The position numbers and the translations under genes are program-made. Below, piece after piece: positions 9,641-18,848 of a stretch of DNA of 64,000 bases. Within the stretch, counting starts at the first letter, position 1, and each line of letters starts with the position of its first letter. The stretch lies in the IMG/VR virus record IMGVR_UViG_3300020477_001008, positions 124,001-188,000 of that record, one strand, 5' to 3'. The notes under the pieces were generated by a model, which made no database searches, was not told the origin of the DNA, and saw only the letters and a program-made list of their open reading frames with translations.

Positions 9641-10132
9641 TTGACTATGGAACCAATTACCAAGCCAAATATGCAGAGGTATTCAGTTATAGTCGATGAT
9701 CTAGGTGATTTTGATTTAGATGATGACAGATCAATTGCTCCATCTATAGCATTTTCTTTAAAGCAAGGTGGTATAAAAGATGCAGTTGTTGATCAACACG
9801 AGTTTAATAGAGCGGCTGTTGAGGTAAGTACAACAGCATCAGCTGATGAAGTTGAAAAAGCTTTAAGGATGGATGATTTACACGCAGAGGTACAAATTAT
9901 GGAAGCCAAAGAAATTGAAAACGTAAACACTGGTCCAGGTCATTTTAAACAAGACGACTTTACAAGTTCAGTTAAGAAGTCTAAGAAGTTTAAATATAAA
10001 CCTGCAGGACACGGTGATAACGGTTTAGCAGACGAAGATAAACAAACTGACGGCAAAGCTGTAAACGAAAAAGCTGAAGCTTTATTAAAAGAATATAGAA
10101 AGTTTGTTAGTGAGTCTAGCAAAACCGAGTAA
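9641..10132 (+). CDS. hypothetical protein
   Basis: 163 aa ORF; start may be the ATG at 9647. Confidence 0.7.
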   Translation: MTMEPITKPNMQRYSVIVDDLGDFDLDDDRSIAPSIAFSLKQGGIKDAVVDQHEFNRAAVEVSTTASADEVEKALRMDDLHAEVQIMEAKEIENVNTGPGHFKQDDFTSSVKKSKKFKYKPAGHGDNGLADEDKQTDGKAVNEKAEALLKEYRKFVSESSKTE

Positions 10133-10785
10133 TGAGATATAGAGAGATAACTGAAGTTGATTACACTTATGCAGGTCGTCTAAGAAGAAACGATCAGCAG
10201 ATCGCTAGAGCTCTCTTAAAAGATTACTCAGGACCATTAGCAAAATCATTACAAACATATAATTTAGCAGTAAAAGAATTAGCATTATCTCCAGAGAATA
10301 GAGGACAAAGAGTTAATACTTTTCAAACAAGAAGATTACAAGCATCAAACGTAAGCGGTGATCCAATGTTTATGGGTATGGCAACTAGTATGTTTAGAAT
10401 GGGTAGAGGTAAAAAAGATTTAGGTAAATTATTAACAACTGATGAGCCAGCTGACACGTTATCTAATATTAGAAAATATGCTGAAAAAAATTGGTTCCAA
10501 CAATTACAATCTGCAATGAGACAGGATAATCCAAATGCATCAAAAACATTTGTAACTCCTGAAAATTTAAAAAAATCATTAGCAACTGCACCAGCATCAT
10601 TGTTTGGTGGAGAAGTTGAAAATATGATTAACGATGAAGTAGATGTAGTTAAATTTTATGCTTTAGTAGACTTCTTTGAAGTTATATTAACTGATTTAAA
10701 TTTAAAAGATAAAGCTGGTAAATTTACACCTAGTAATATTGCAAAAGGCTTTAGCGATTTCGAACGTACAGTAACTGGCCAATAG
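10132..10785 (+). CDS. hypothetical protein (candidate internal head protein)
   Basis: 217 aa; N-terminus MRYREITE. Confidence 0.7.
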   Translation: MRYREITEVDYTYAGRLRRNDQQIARALLKDYSGPLAKSLQTYNLAVKELALSPENRGQRVNTFQTRRLQASNVSGDPMFMGMATSMFRMGRGKKDLGKLLTTDEPADTLSNIRKYAEKNWFQQLQSAMRQDNPNASKTFVTPENLKKSLATAPASLFGGEVENMINDEVDVVKFYALVDFFEVILTDLNLKDKAGKFTPSNIAKGFSDFERTVTGQ

Positions 10786-10801
10786 TAAATACTATTAGGT
10801 T

Positions 10802-12121
10802 ATGTCAGAAAAATTTAAGAAAACTCAGGAACGTCTAAATTCAGTTTCGCCAACATTATGTTTGGCTAAATGGCAACAAGTAACGATACATTTACAAAAT
10901 GGACATACACATAGTTGTCACCATCCACAAACACATAAAATTCCTTTAGAAGAAATTAAAGAAAATCCATCAGCATTACATAATACAAAGTTTAAAAAAG
11001 AACAACGTAAATTAATGCTAGAAGGTAAACGTCCTAGCGAATGTCATTATTGTTGGGCAGTAGAAGATTCAAAAGGAGAACATTATAGCGATAGAATTAA
11101 AAAGTCAGCAAACAAAACCTGGGCGGCACCTTATTTTGATGAAGTAAAAAATAACGATTACAATTATGATGTTATACCAAAACAAATAGAAGTAAGCTTT
11201 GGTAATGTATGTAATATGAAATGTTTATATTGTGGTCCTGTGTTTAGTAGTGATTGGTGGAGTGAAATAAAAAATCACGGACCTTATCCTACACAAGACA
11301 GTTATAATAATTTAGAATGGATAGCTGAAACAGATAGGACTCCGTATTTAAACAGAGAATTAAATCCTTATGTAGAAGCTTGGTGGAAATGGTGGCCAAC
11401 AATAAGAAGCGAACTTAAAGTATTAAGAATAACAGGTGGTGAACCTTTGTTAAACCATAACACACAGAAGCTATTAAATGACATTCAGCAGAACCCTGCC
11501 CCGGATTTACAACTGGAAATTAACTCTAATTTGGCAATATCAAATAAACTATTAAAAGATTTTGTAATTCAATTAAAAGTATTGGTACAAGAAAAGAAAA
11601 TTAAAAGTATTCTTATACACACTAGTTGTGATACACACGGAGAACAAGCAGAATATATACGTGAAGGTTTGATATATAATGAATGGTTAGACAACTGTGA
11701 ATACGTATTACAAAATGACATACCAGTACACGTAATGATTACTGCCAATCAATTATGCATTGATCGTTTTTATGTATTTTTACAAGACTTATATTCATTA
11801 AAAGAAAAGTACAAATTAACATACGGAATATCATTATTAAACAATCCACCATTTTTAGATGTGCGTAATTTACCAAAAACAGAGTATTGGAACGCAAAAT
11901 TTAATAGGGTACTTGCTTATGTAAGTGAAAACAAATTTACAAACACTAACGAGTTAAACTATATTATTAGATTAAAAAATTATTATACACAAAGTCAATT
12001 TACTGAACAGCAAATAAAGAACAATAAAGAAGACTTGATGAAGTTTGTAAGAGAAATTGACCGAAGACGTAATAAAAATTTTACTAATACATTTACTACT
12101 TTTATAAATCATATAAGCTAA
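10802..12121 (+). CDS. radical SAM protein with N-terminal twitch/SPASM-like Cys cluster
   Basis: CNMKCLYC (CxxxCxxC), ITGGEPLL; N-terminal LCLAKW...SCHH...ECHYCW. Confidence 0.9.
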   Translation: MSEKFKKTQERLNSVSPTLCLAKWQQVTIHLQNGHTHSCHHPQTHKIPLEEIKENPSALHNTKFKKEQRKLMLEGKRPSECHYCWAVEDSKGEHYSDRIKKSANKTWAAPYFDEVKNNDYNYDVIPKQIEVSFGNVCNMKCLYCGPVFSSDWWSEIKNHGPYPTQDSYNNLEWIAETDRTPYLNRELNPYVEAWWKWWPTIRSELKVLRITGGEPLLNHNTQKLLNDIQQNPAPDLQLEINSNLAISNKLLKDFVIQLKVLVQEKKIKSILIHTSCDTHGEQAEYIREGLIYNEWLDNCEYVLQNDIPVHVMITANQLCIDRFYVFLQDLYSLKEKYKLTYGISLLNNPPFLDVRNLPKTEYWNAKFNRVLAYVSENKFTNTNELNYIIRLKNYYTQSQFTEQQIKNNKEDLMKFVREIDRRRNKNFTNTFTTFINHIS

Positions 12122-12165
12122 TACACATACAAATTAGCACATACAAAAATTGCGTAAATACACTT

Positions 12166-13290
12166 ATGTTTAATATTTTAACTCTAGACAAAGTAAGAAA
12201 AATTGAAGTAGAGACTACTACCTACTGTAACGCAGGATGTCCTCATTGTGCAAGACATAAACCAAATACAAGTATATTGCAAGACAATATGGAAATGGAA
12301 CATCTTAATTCTGAGTTAATTTATAAACTTAAAGATGACTTTGGTGAACAAACATCAAAAATGGATATATGGTATGTAGGTAATTTAGGTGATTCATTAA
12401 TGCACCCTCATATGGAAAATATGTGGGATTTTACTGCTAAAAATTTTAGATATACTGAAATGGAAACTAATGGTGGTGCAAGAAAAAAAGACTTTTGGAA
12501 AAATTTAGGAAACATTAGTAAAACAAATGGTAATGCTATGATGCTTTTCTCTATTGATGGTTTAGAAGATACTAATGAAATATATAGAAAAAAAGTAAAG
12601 TGGGACGCTGTAATGGAAAATGTTCAAGCTTATATTGGTGCTGGAGGATTAGCTACTTGGAAATGGTTAATTTTTAAACACAATGAACATCAGGTAGAAG
12701 AAGGAAAAGAGTTAGCAAGAAAATTAGGATTTGCAGAATTTATACCTCAATATGCAACACGATTTGAACAAAAAACATATGATGCTACACCAAAGAATGT
12801 TAATGAAAATGTTAAAAAGAGTTTAGGAAAAGATAACCTTGTTAAGCTCCAAGAATCAGAAGTACAACACGCATCAAATATTTCTGAAGTAACTTCTAAA
12901 AAATTAAAGCAAGTTAATTTTGATAATTCAATATTAAAAGTAGATTGCAAATATATTAAAAAACAACGTATGTATTTGAATGCTAGAGGTAGAGTATGGC
13001 CTTGTTGTTGGCATTCAACTTGGGATCAATTTAATGATCATAGACATATGGATCCATTAATATTACCTCATTATAAAAGAGGATTCAATAATTATCATAC
13101 AAAATCGATGTCTGAAATATTTAATGATTCAGCTTGGAAAGAAATGACCGATGCTTGGGAAACAGAATCAGTAAATGAAAGAGGAAAACAACCAATGAGT
13201 ATATGTTATCGTAAATGTATGAATAAAAAATGGGAAGCTTTATGTAATATTAAAGATTTGGAAAATAAGGCAGTTTTTGCAAATCATTAA
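12166..13290 (+). CDS. radical SAM protein with C-terminal SPASM/twitch domain
   Basis: CNAGCPHC, FSIDGLE; C-terminal CKY...VWPCCW...CYRKC. Confidence 0.9.
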   Translation: MFNILTLDKVRKIEVETTTYCNAGCPHCARHKPNTSILQDNMEMEHLNSELIYKLKDDFGEQTSKMDIWYVGNLGDSLMHPHMENMWDFTAKNFRYTEMETNGGARKKDFWKNLGNISKTNGNAMMLFSIDGLEDTNEIYRKKVKWDAVMENVQAYIGAGGLATWKWLIFKHNEHQVEEGKELARKLGFAEFIPQYATRFEQKTYDATPKNVNENVKKSLGKDNLVKLQESEVQHASNISEVTSKKLKQVNFDNSILKVDCKYIKKQRMYLNARGRVWPCCWHSTWDQFNDHRHMDPLILPHYKRGFNNYHTKSMSEIFNDSAWKEMTDAWETESVNERGKQPMSICYRKCMNKKWEALCNIKDLENKAVFANH

Positions 13291-13310
13291 ATACGCATAT
13301 AAATACTAGT

Positions 13311-14915
13311 ATGGTACACAAAAGTCTAGACGGAAACCTAACAAAAAAAGCATATAGTAAGTCAAAATATAATGATAAGAAATTATTAGACTTAAAAAAA
13401 TGTGCTGACAAAGATACAGGTTATCTTTATTTTATGGAAAATTTTATGTGGATTCAACATCCTACTAAAGGACGTATGAAGTTTATACCATTTGAATACC
13501 AAGAAAGATTATTAAAAACATACAACGATAATAGATTTGCAATAGCGATGTGTGCCAGACAAACTGGTAAAACAACCTGTGCGGCAGGATTTTTATTATG
13601 GTATGCTATGTTCAATCCAGATGTTTTAATTTTAATTGCGGCACACAAATATCAAGGTGCTCAAGATATTATGCAACGTGTTAGATTTGCATATGAAGAA
13701 TGTCCTGATTATATTAGATGTGGTGTAACAAGTTATAATAAAGGATCAATGGATTTTGATAATGGTTCAAGGATTATGGCACAAACAACTACAGAAACAA
13801 CTGGTAGAGGTATGTCTTTATCTTTAGTGTATATGGATGAGTTTGCGTTTGTTGAACCACAACAAAAAGCTAGTGAGTTCTGGACTTCCTTATCTCCTAC
13901 ATTGTCAACAGGTGGTAAATGTATTATTACATCAACACCAAATAATGATGATGACGTTTTTGCAGGTATATGGAGAGGTGCTAATAAAAAAGTTGATGAA
14001 TACGGACAACCTAAAAGAGATGGTACAGGTATAAATGGCTTTAAAGCAATTAATGTACATTGGTCAGAACATCCTGATAGAGATGAAAAATGGGCTAATG
14101 ATGAACGTGCTAGAATTGGTGAAGAAAGATTTAGGCGTGAACACGATTGTGAATTTATTGCATTTGATGAAACACTAATTGATGGATTAAAACTTGTAAC
14201 ACTTGCAGGTAAAGATCCTTTATATAAATCAGGTCAAGTACGTTGGTATGAAAGGCCTAAAAAAGGTTCAACTTATGTTATAGCTTTAGATCCTAGTTTA
14301 GGTACAGGAGGTGATTATGCGGCAATACAAGTTTTTAGTGTACCAGAATTTAAACAAGTAGCTGAATGGCAACATAATAAAACAACTGTACAAGGGCAAG
14401 TTAGAACATTGTTAGCTATATTAAAAGATATAGATAGTCAATTAAAAGAACAAGGCACACCACAACCAGAAATATATTGGACTATTGAAAATAATACTTT
14501 AGGTGAAGCGGCTATTGTTGCAGTAGAAGAAATGGATGAAGCAAGATTTCCTGGATACTTTATGCACGAACCTAGACGTGCAGGACAGCAAAGAAGAGAT
14601 GTACATAAACGTAAAGGTTACAATACAACTCATAAAGCAAAATTATCAGCTTGTTCTAGGTTAAAAAATTGGGTAGAATCAGGAAAACTACAAGTTAATA
14701 GTAGGAACTTAATTAGAGAATTAAAAGTGTTTGTTGCAAAAGGAAATTCATTTGCGGCTAAATTAGGTGAAAATGATGATCTAGTTTCAGCAAGTTTATT
14801 ATGCTGTAGGCTAGTTGGATATCTATCAAAATATGACCCTATATTTGAGAAGAGTTTAGGTGAAAATGATACAGAAGATGGAGGCATATCTGGTCCAATG
14901 CCTATGATAATATAA
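13311..14915 (+). CDS. terminase large subunit (gp17-like)
   Basis: Walker A ARQTGKTT, Walker B YMDEFAF, ITSTPN, nuclease ALDPSLG and DDLV; no intein seen. Confidence 0.96.
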   Translation: MVHKSLDGNLTKKAYSKSKYNDKKLLDLKKCADKDTGYLYFMENFMWIQHPTKGRMKFIPFEYQERLLKTYNDNRFAIAMCARQTGKTTCAAGFLLWYAMFNPDVLILIAAHKYQGAQDIMQRVRFAYEECPDYIRCGVTSYNKGSMDFDNGSRIMAQTTTETTGRGMSLSLVYMDEFAFVEPQQKASEFWTSLSPTLSTGGKCIITSTPNNDDDVFAGIWRGANKKVDEYGQPKRDGTGINGFKAINVHWSEHPDRDEKWANDERARIGEERFRREHDCEFIAFDETLIDGLKLVTLAGKDPLYKSGQVRWYERPKKGSTYVIALDPSLGTGGDYAAIQVFSVPEFKQVAEWQHNKTTVQGQVRTLLAILKDIDSQLKEQGTPQPEIYWTIENNTLGEAAIVAVEEMDEARFPGYFMHEPRRAGQQRRDVHKRKGYNTTHKAKLSACSRLKNWVESGKLQVNSRNLIRELKVFVAKGNSFAAKLGENDDLVSASLLCCRLVGYLSKYDPIFEKSLGENDTEDGGISGPMPMII

Positions 14916-14932
14916 AACAGATAAATACTAAT

Positions 14933-16966
14933 ATGGCAGTAAATTATAGCACAGTTGCAGAAAAAATTTTTAGGGTACTTAAAGGTCACGGGTATCAAGT
15001 ACAGATGTTTGACGACACTGAAGGCAACGAAATATCAAATCCAGCTGAAGCTAGGTTTTTTTATGTTAATCAGCCTAACTTAATGGTTAATTTATCGCCA
15101 GAAAATGAAGAAGTTAAAATGCATAAAGGACCTGAAAATATTGAAAATGTTGAAAAAACCGTACAATCAGTTAAAAACTTGGCTAAAGACAACTTATTAG
15201 ACTTTGATTTGCGTGAATTTGGAAGGGAAATAAAGCCTAAAAATTATGCATTTAGGTTAAATAGTAATACTATGTCAGATGAAAATATTAAAACAGAAAG
15301 CTACAGCCAAATGGCTGGAACTGTAAAAACTTCTAATCAAAAGTTAGAAGGTGCTAAACTATTAATTAAGCATAGAAAAGCAGTAAACGAAGAAATTCCA
15401 GGTGCTAGATCAAGAAACATCAAAGCATTATATATTGAAAATGCTGACGGTGAAAGATTTAAGTATCCATTCATACATTTAAACGGTGCTAGAGCAATGA
15501 CTAGACACGTACAGGCGGGAGGAAATCCGTTTGATGAAGTAGGACAAAGTATTACAAATATCAGCGAAAGATTAAGCAAGATTAGAGAAGTACTAAACAT
15601 AATTAGACGTTCTCCAGCTATTCAAGAACAAGCGGCTTCAGTAGTAACATCATTAAATTACAATCAAGATAGATTAAGAGAAACTATTAAGAAATTAATG
15701 ACTGGTGTTGGCTATGAGTCATATGTTGAGAATTATGCAAAAGCTGAAACAAAAGAATATGATCAAAATACATTGGATTCAATGAAAGAGAAATTTACAG
15801 TAACTAACATTGAAAATAAAATTACAGATTTATTACCAATGATACAAGAAATACACGACGAAGAAATTAATGATACTGACTCTTTAAGAAAAAGAGTACA
15901 AGCTAAATTAAATGATCCAGTTGAAATTCACGCACCATCAGATAGTCAAAAAGCTTTTGGTAGTGATATTGTAAAATATAGAACTAACGCAGATGCTATA
16001 AGACATAGAATTGGTGAGTTAGCTCAATTAGTTAAAGATGATGAAATTTCAGTTTTCTTATCAAGAATGCACGATAAGTTATCTGGAATGGATGAAGAAC
16101 CAATGTCAAAAGATGACGTTGCAACTGTTAGAGCAATTTTAGATAAAGTTAAAAAAGATGAACCAAAAGCAGTTGCAAATGCAGAATCAACTGAAGTAAA
16201 AGAAGTTACAGATTTAAATGAATCTTTTAATAAAATTTTAGGTGTGTTCAATCCAGACGCAATCAACATTGATCCAACAAACATTAATGAAGAGCCAGGT
16301 GATTATAAGACTGTTATGTCTTACACAGGTAAAGATGCTAAACCAACAATGAGTTATGATGCTTGGTTAAAAAAAGAAAAAGGCATTGAAAGAGGTGCGG
16401 CAGGAATTAAAGCTGACCAACACATTAAGTTTGGTAAAGAATACAGAGATCTTAAAAAATCAGATAAAATGACTTGGGCTGATGAATCAGTTGAAGAAGC
16501 AAAACCAGACTTTTTAGATTTAGATAAAGACGGAAATAAAACAGAGCCAATGAAAAAAGCGGCAGATGATAAAGAAGCTAAAAAAGAAGATTGGACTCAA
16601 GCAGATTCAGACGCAGAAAGATTTGCTGAAATTCACGATTACGAGCAATATAGAGATGCAGTAATGGATACTATTGAAGATCCAGAAGGTTATTACAAAG
16701 GTAAGTCAACAGAAGAAATTGCAAAATCATTAAGAGATGAAGCCGCAAGTATTGATTATGCTGATGTAACAGATGGCGAAAGACATCCGTCAGAATCAGC
16801 TTGGTTAGAAAAAATTGCAGATGAACTAGATGGCTCAGCTTCAGAAGAAGTAGAAGCACCAAGTTCAGGTATGGATGCTCCAACACCAGCAGATGGTGAA
16901 ACAGTAGCACCAACAGATTTAAATAAAGTAATACTTAGAATTAAAGATTTAGCAGGTATCAAATAA
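14933..16966 (+). CDS. large acidic hypothetical (head/scaffold-like) protein
   Basis: 677 aa; TAAATA-N5-ATG; contains KPDFLDLDKDGNKTEPMKKAA and an internal TAAATA-N8-ATG at 15272. Confidence 0.75.
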   Translation: MAVNYSTVAEKIFRVLKGHGYQVQMFDDTEGNEISNPAEARFFYVNQPNLMVNLSPENEEVKMHKGPENIENVEKTVQSVKNLAKDNLLDFDLREFGREIKPKNYAFRLNSNTMSDENIKTESYSQMAGTVKTSNQKLEGAKLLIKHRKAVNEEIPGARSRNIKALYIENADGERFKYPFIHLNGARAMTRHVQAGGNPFDEVGQSITNISERLSKIREVLNIIRRSPAIQEQAASVVTSLNYNQDRLRETIKKLMTGVGYESYVENYAKAETKEYDQNTLDSMKEKFTVTNIENKITDLLPMIQEIHDEEINDTDSLRKRVQAKLNDPVEIHAPSDSQKAFGSDIVKYRTNADAIRHRIGELAQLVKDDEISVFLSRMHDKLSGMDEEPMSKDDVATVRAILDKVKKDEPKAVANAESTEVKEVTDLNESFNKILGVFNPDAINIDPTNINEEPGDYKTVMSYTGKDAKPTMSYDAWLKKEKGIERGAAGIKADQHIKFGKEYRDLKKSDKMTWADESVEEAKPDFLDLDKDGNKTEPMKKAADDKEAKKEDWTQADSDAERFAEIHDYEQYRDAVMDTIEDPEGYYKGKSTEEIAKSLRDEAASIDYADVTDGERHPSESAWLEKIADELDGSASEEVEAPSSGMDAPTPADGETVAPTDLNKVILRIKDLAGIK

Positions 16967-16981
16967 TCAAAGGGAGAGGTT

Positions 16982-17188
16982 ATGAAATTACCAAAATTTA
17001 AAATGCCAACGATTAAAATGCCAAACATTGGTGAAAAAGTTGGTAAAGCTACAGATAAAGTTAAAGGTGCTATGTCAGGTGCAACAAATAAAGCCAAAGG
17101 TGCTGTATCAGGTGCAACAGACAAAGCCAAAGGTGCTGTTTCTAGTGCAACTAACAAAATCAAAAGCTTAAATCCTTTTAAAAAATAA
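16982..17188 (+). CDS. small basic protein with 11-residue amphipathic repeats
   Basis: SD GGAGAGG; ATDKVKGAMSG / ATNKAKGAVSG / ATDKAKGAVSS. Confidence 0.75.
   Translation: MKLPKFKMPTIKMPNIGEKVGKATDKVKGAMSGATNKAKGAVSGATDKAKGAVSSATNKIKSLNPFKK
17048..17164 (+). repeat. 33-nt coding tandem repeat (about 3.5 copies)
   Basis: Units start at 17048, 17081, 17114 and 17147 (gcWacWRaYaaag...aaaggtgct). Confidence 0.85.
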
Positions 17189-17217
17189 TACTTGCTTCTT
17201 AAGAATAAGAAAGTTTT

Positions 17218-17631
17218 ATGAAGAAGCGATTAGACGTAGACGACAATACAGCAATTAGTATGCCAATCCGTAATATGATTGCCATCATTGGTGTCGTATG
17301 TATTGGTGTTTGGGGTTACTTTGGTATAACTGAAAAACTTAATCAGCACTCAACTACAATTACGTTAATGCAAAAAGATCTCAACGAAAATTCAGAATTT
17401 AGAATTAAATATCCTCGAGGCGAGTTAGGCCAATCACAAAATGATTTAGAACAATTTATGCTCATCGAAGAGCTGTATACACAAATTGAAAGAATGCAGA
17501 AGCATCTAGATGATATGGCAAACAACAAAATAAACATAGAATTTTTAAAAGAGCAAATGGAAAAAGCTCAATCAAGTATTGAAAAACTAAAAGATGCAGA
17601 CAGAGAGATTGTCTACAAGAACGGAAACTAA
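17218..17631 (+). CDS. hypothetical membrane-anchored coiled-coil protein
   Basis: One hydrophobic segment (MIAIIGVVCIGVWGYF) followed by heptad-rich region. Confidence 0.75.
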   Translation: MKKRLDVDDNTAISMPIRNMIAIIGVVCIGVWGYFGITEKLNQHSTTITLMQKDLNENSEFRIKYPRGELGQSQNDLEQFMLIEELYTQIERMQKHLDDMANNKINIEFLKEQMEKAQSSIEKLKDADREIVYKNGN

Positions 17632-17843
17632 TGATAGAAACAGTTGTAGCCTTATTGATGTTTATTAATAATGAGATCAAAGAACACAGAATACAAGACA
17701 CTATGAGTCAGTGTTTAAGAGGAAAACGTACAGCCGAAAGACAATATTCTGAAGGAGTAAAGTATCAGTGTATCAAGTCTAAAGCTGAAGTAGAACTAAA
17801 TATTGACGGAAGTAAAACAATCAAATCTTTGATACTGGAGTAA
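17631..17843 (+). CDS. hypothetical small protein
   Basis: 70 aa, translationally coupled; hydrophobic N-terminus and two Cys. Confidence 0.7.
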   Translation: MIETVVALLMFINNEIKEHRIQDTMSQCLRGKRTAERQYSEGVKYQCIKSKAEVELNIDGSKTIKSLILE

Positions 17844-17845
17844 TT

Positions 17846-18121
17846 ATGAAATTATTAGCAACTATACTATTTTTATTCGCAACTGTGGCAGTAGTCACAG
17901 ACGTTAATGCTGGTCACAAAAGAGGCAATGGTACTTGTTTTGATGACTATACGCATTGGAAAAATATGATCAACAAAAGATCTGATGCACCACTTTGGCA
18001 ACAAAGTAAGGATATGAGAGATTTAGCAATATCTCAACGTGTCCAAGGTAATACTGAAAAGTGCGAAGAATTAATGGAAGAAGCTTTACGAATGATTCGT
18101 AAACCTTATCCAACTGAATAA
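17846..18121 (+). CDS. hypothetical secreted protein
   Basis: Sec-type signal peptide MKLLATILFLFATVAVVTDVNA; two Cys. Confidence 0.7.
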   Translation: MKLLATILFLFATVAVVTDVNAGHKRGNGTCFDDYTHWKNMINKRSDAPLWQQSKDMRDLAISQRVQGNTEKCEELMEEALRMIRKPYPTE

Positions 18122-18127
18122 ATCTGC

Positions 18128-18155
18128 TTGACATCGGAGCAAAATCAAGTATAAT
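18128..18155 (+). promoter_or_regulatory. consensus sigma70 promoter of the B12 module
   Basis: TTGACA(18128-33)-N16-TATAAT(18150-55). Confidence 0.85.
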
Positions 18156-18164
18156 AAAAATTAA

Positions 18165-18341
18165 GTAGTGAATCGTGTTGGGGAATCAGTGTGAAATTCG
18201 CTGGCTCTACCAGGAACCGTAAAGTCGGAGTGCCAACCACTACAAGTCCGCTGTCGAATGAGGGCCTGGGAAAGTCTAGTTCTACAATGAAAAGTTAACA
18301 GTGGCGAGGCACGGCAACGTGTCATAAGGAAACTGTTAATG
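18165..18341 (+). ncRNA. cobalamin riboswitch (5' UTR) with RBS-sequestering expression platform
   Basis: Closing helix GTAGTG/CACTAC, GGGAA, T-loop GTGAAATTC, ACCGT, TGCCA; possible kissing pair CCAGG/CCTGG; TTAACAGT...ACTGTTAA stem encloses SD AAGGA and reaches the ATG; precedes a BtuB-like gene. Confidence 0.8.
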
Positions 18342-18848
18342 AATAAAACAACTGAAACGTTAGTATTATTTCTCTACTATATAGGTATTATAGCCTTGAG
18401 TAGAATAATACCACATCCACCAAACTTTACACCGGTTATTGCTATGGCAATTTTTATGCCATATATGACTCGCGATGTATATTTGGCTATGTTAGTTCCA
18501 ATTACGGCAATGTTTGTTTCAGATCTTTATTTGGGTTTGCACTCATTTATGATTTGGATTTATGGAACTATAATGTTATGTACACTTGTTAGTAGATATT
18601 TTAATTTAATAACAATGTCTATATTTGCACCAGTTATATTTTTTACAACAACTAATTTTGGTGTATGGTTAACAAGCACATTATATCCAAAAACACTAGA
18701 CGGTTTAATCTTATGTTACACGATGGCGATACCTTTTTTTAGAAACACATTATTGAGTACGATATTTTATATATTATTACTTGGAGCAATATATGAAATA
18801 GCAAAAAGGAGTTATACGTGGTTAAAAAAATATTACTATCTGCAATAA
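18339..18848 (+). CDS. DUF6580-like / ECF S-component-like membrane transporter (putative cobalamin)
   Basis: SRIIPHPPNFTPV.A.A.F motif, SDL.LG, NFGVW, Y..AIPFF.NT; multiple TM helices. Confidence 0.75.
   Translation: MNKTTETLVLFLYYIGIIALSRIIPHPPNFTPVIAMAIFMPYMTRDVYLAMLVPITAMFVSDLYLGLHSFMIWIYGTIMLCTLVSRYFNLITMSIFAPVIFFTTTNFGVWLTSTLYPKTLDGLILCYTMAIPFFRNTLLSTIFYILLLGAIYEIAKRSYTWLKKYYYLQ

Noticed and set aside
12124-12148. Short direct repeat CACATACAAA x2 between the radical-SAM genes
   Set aside because: Only two 10-nt copies in AT-rich DNA; could be chance.
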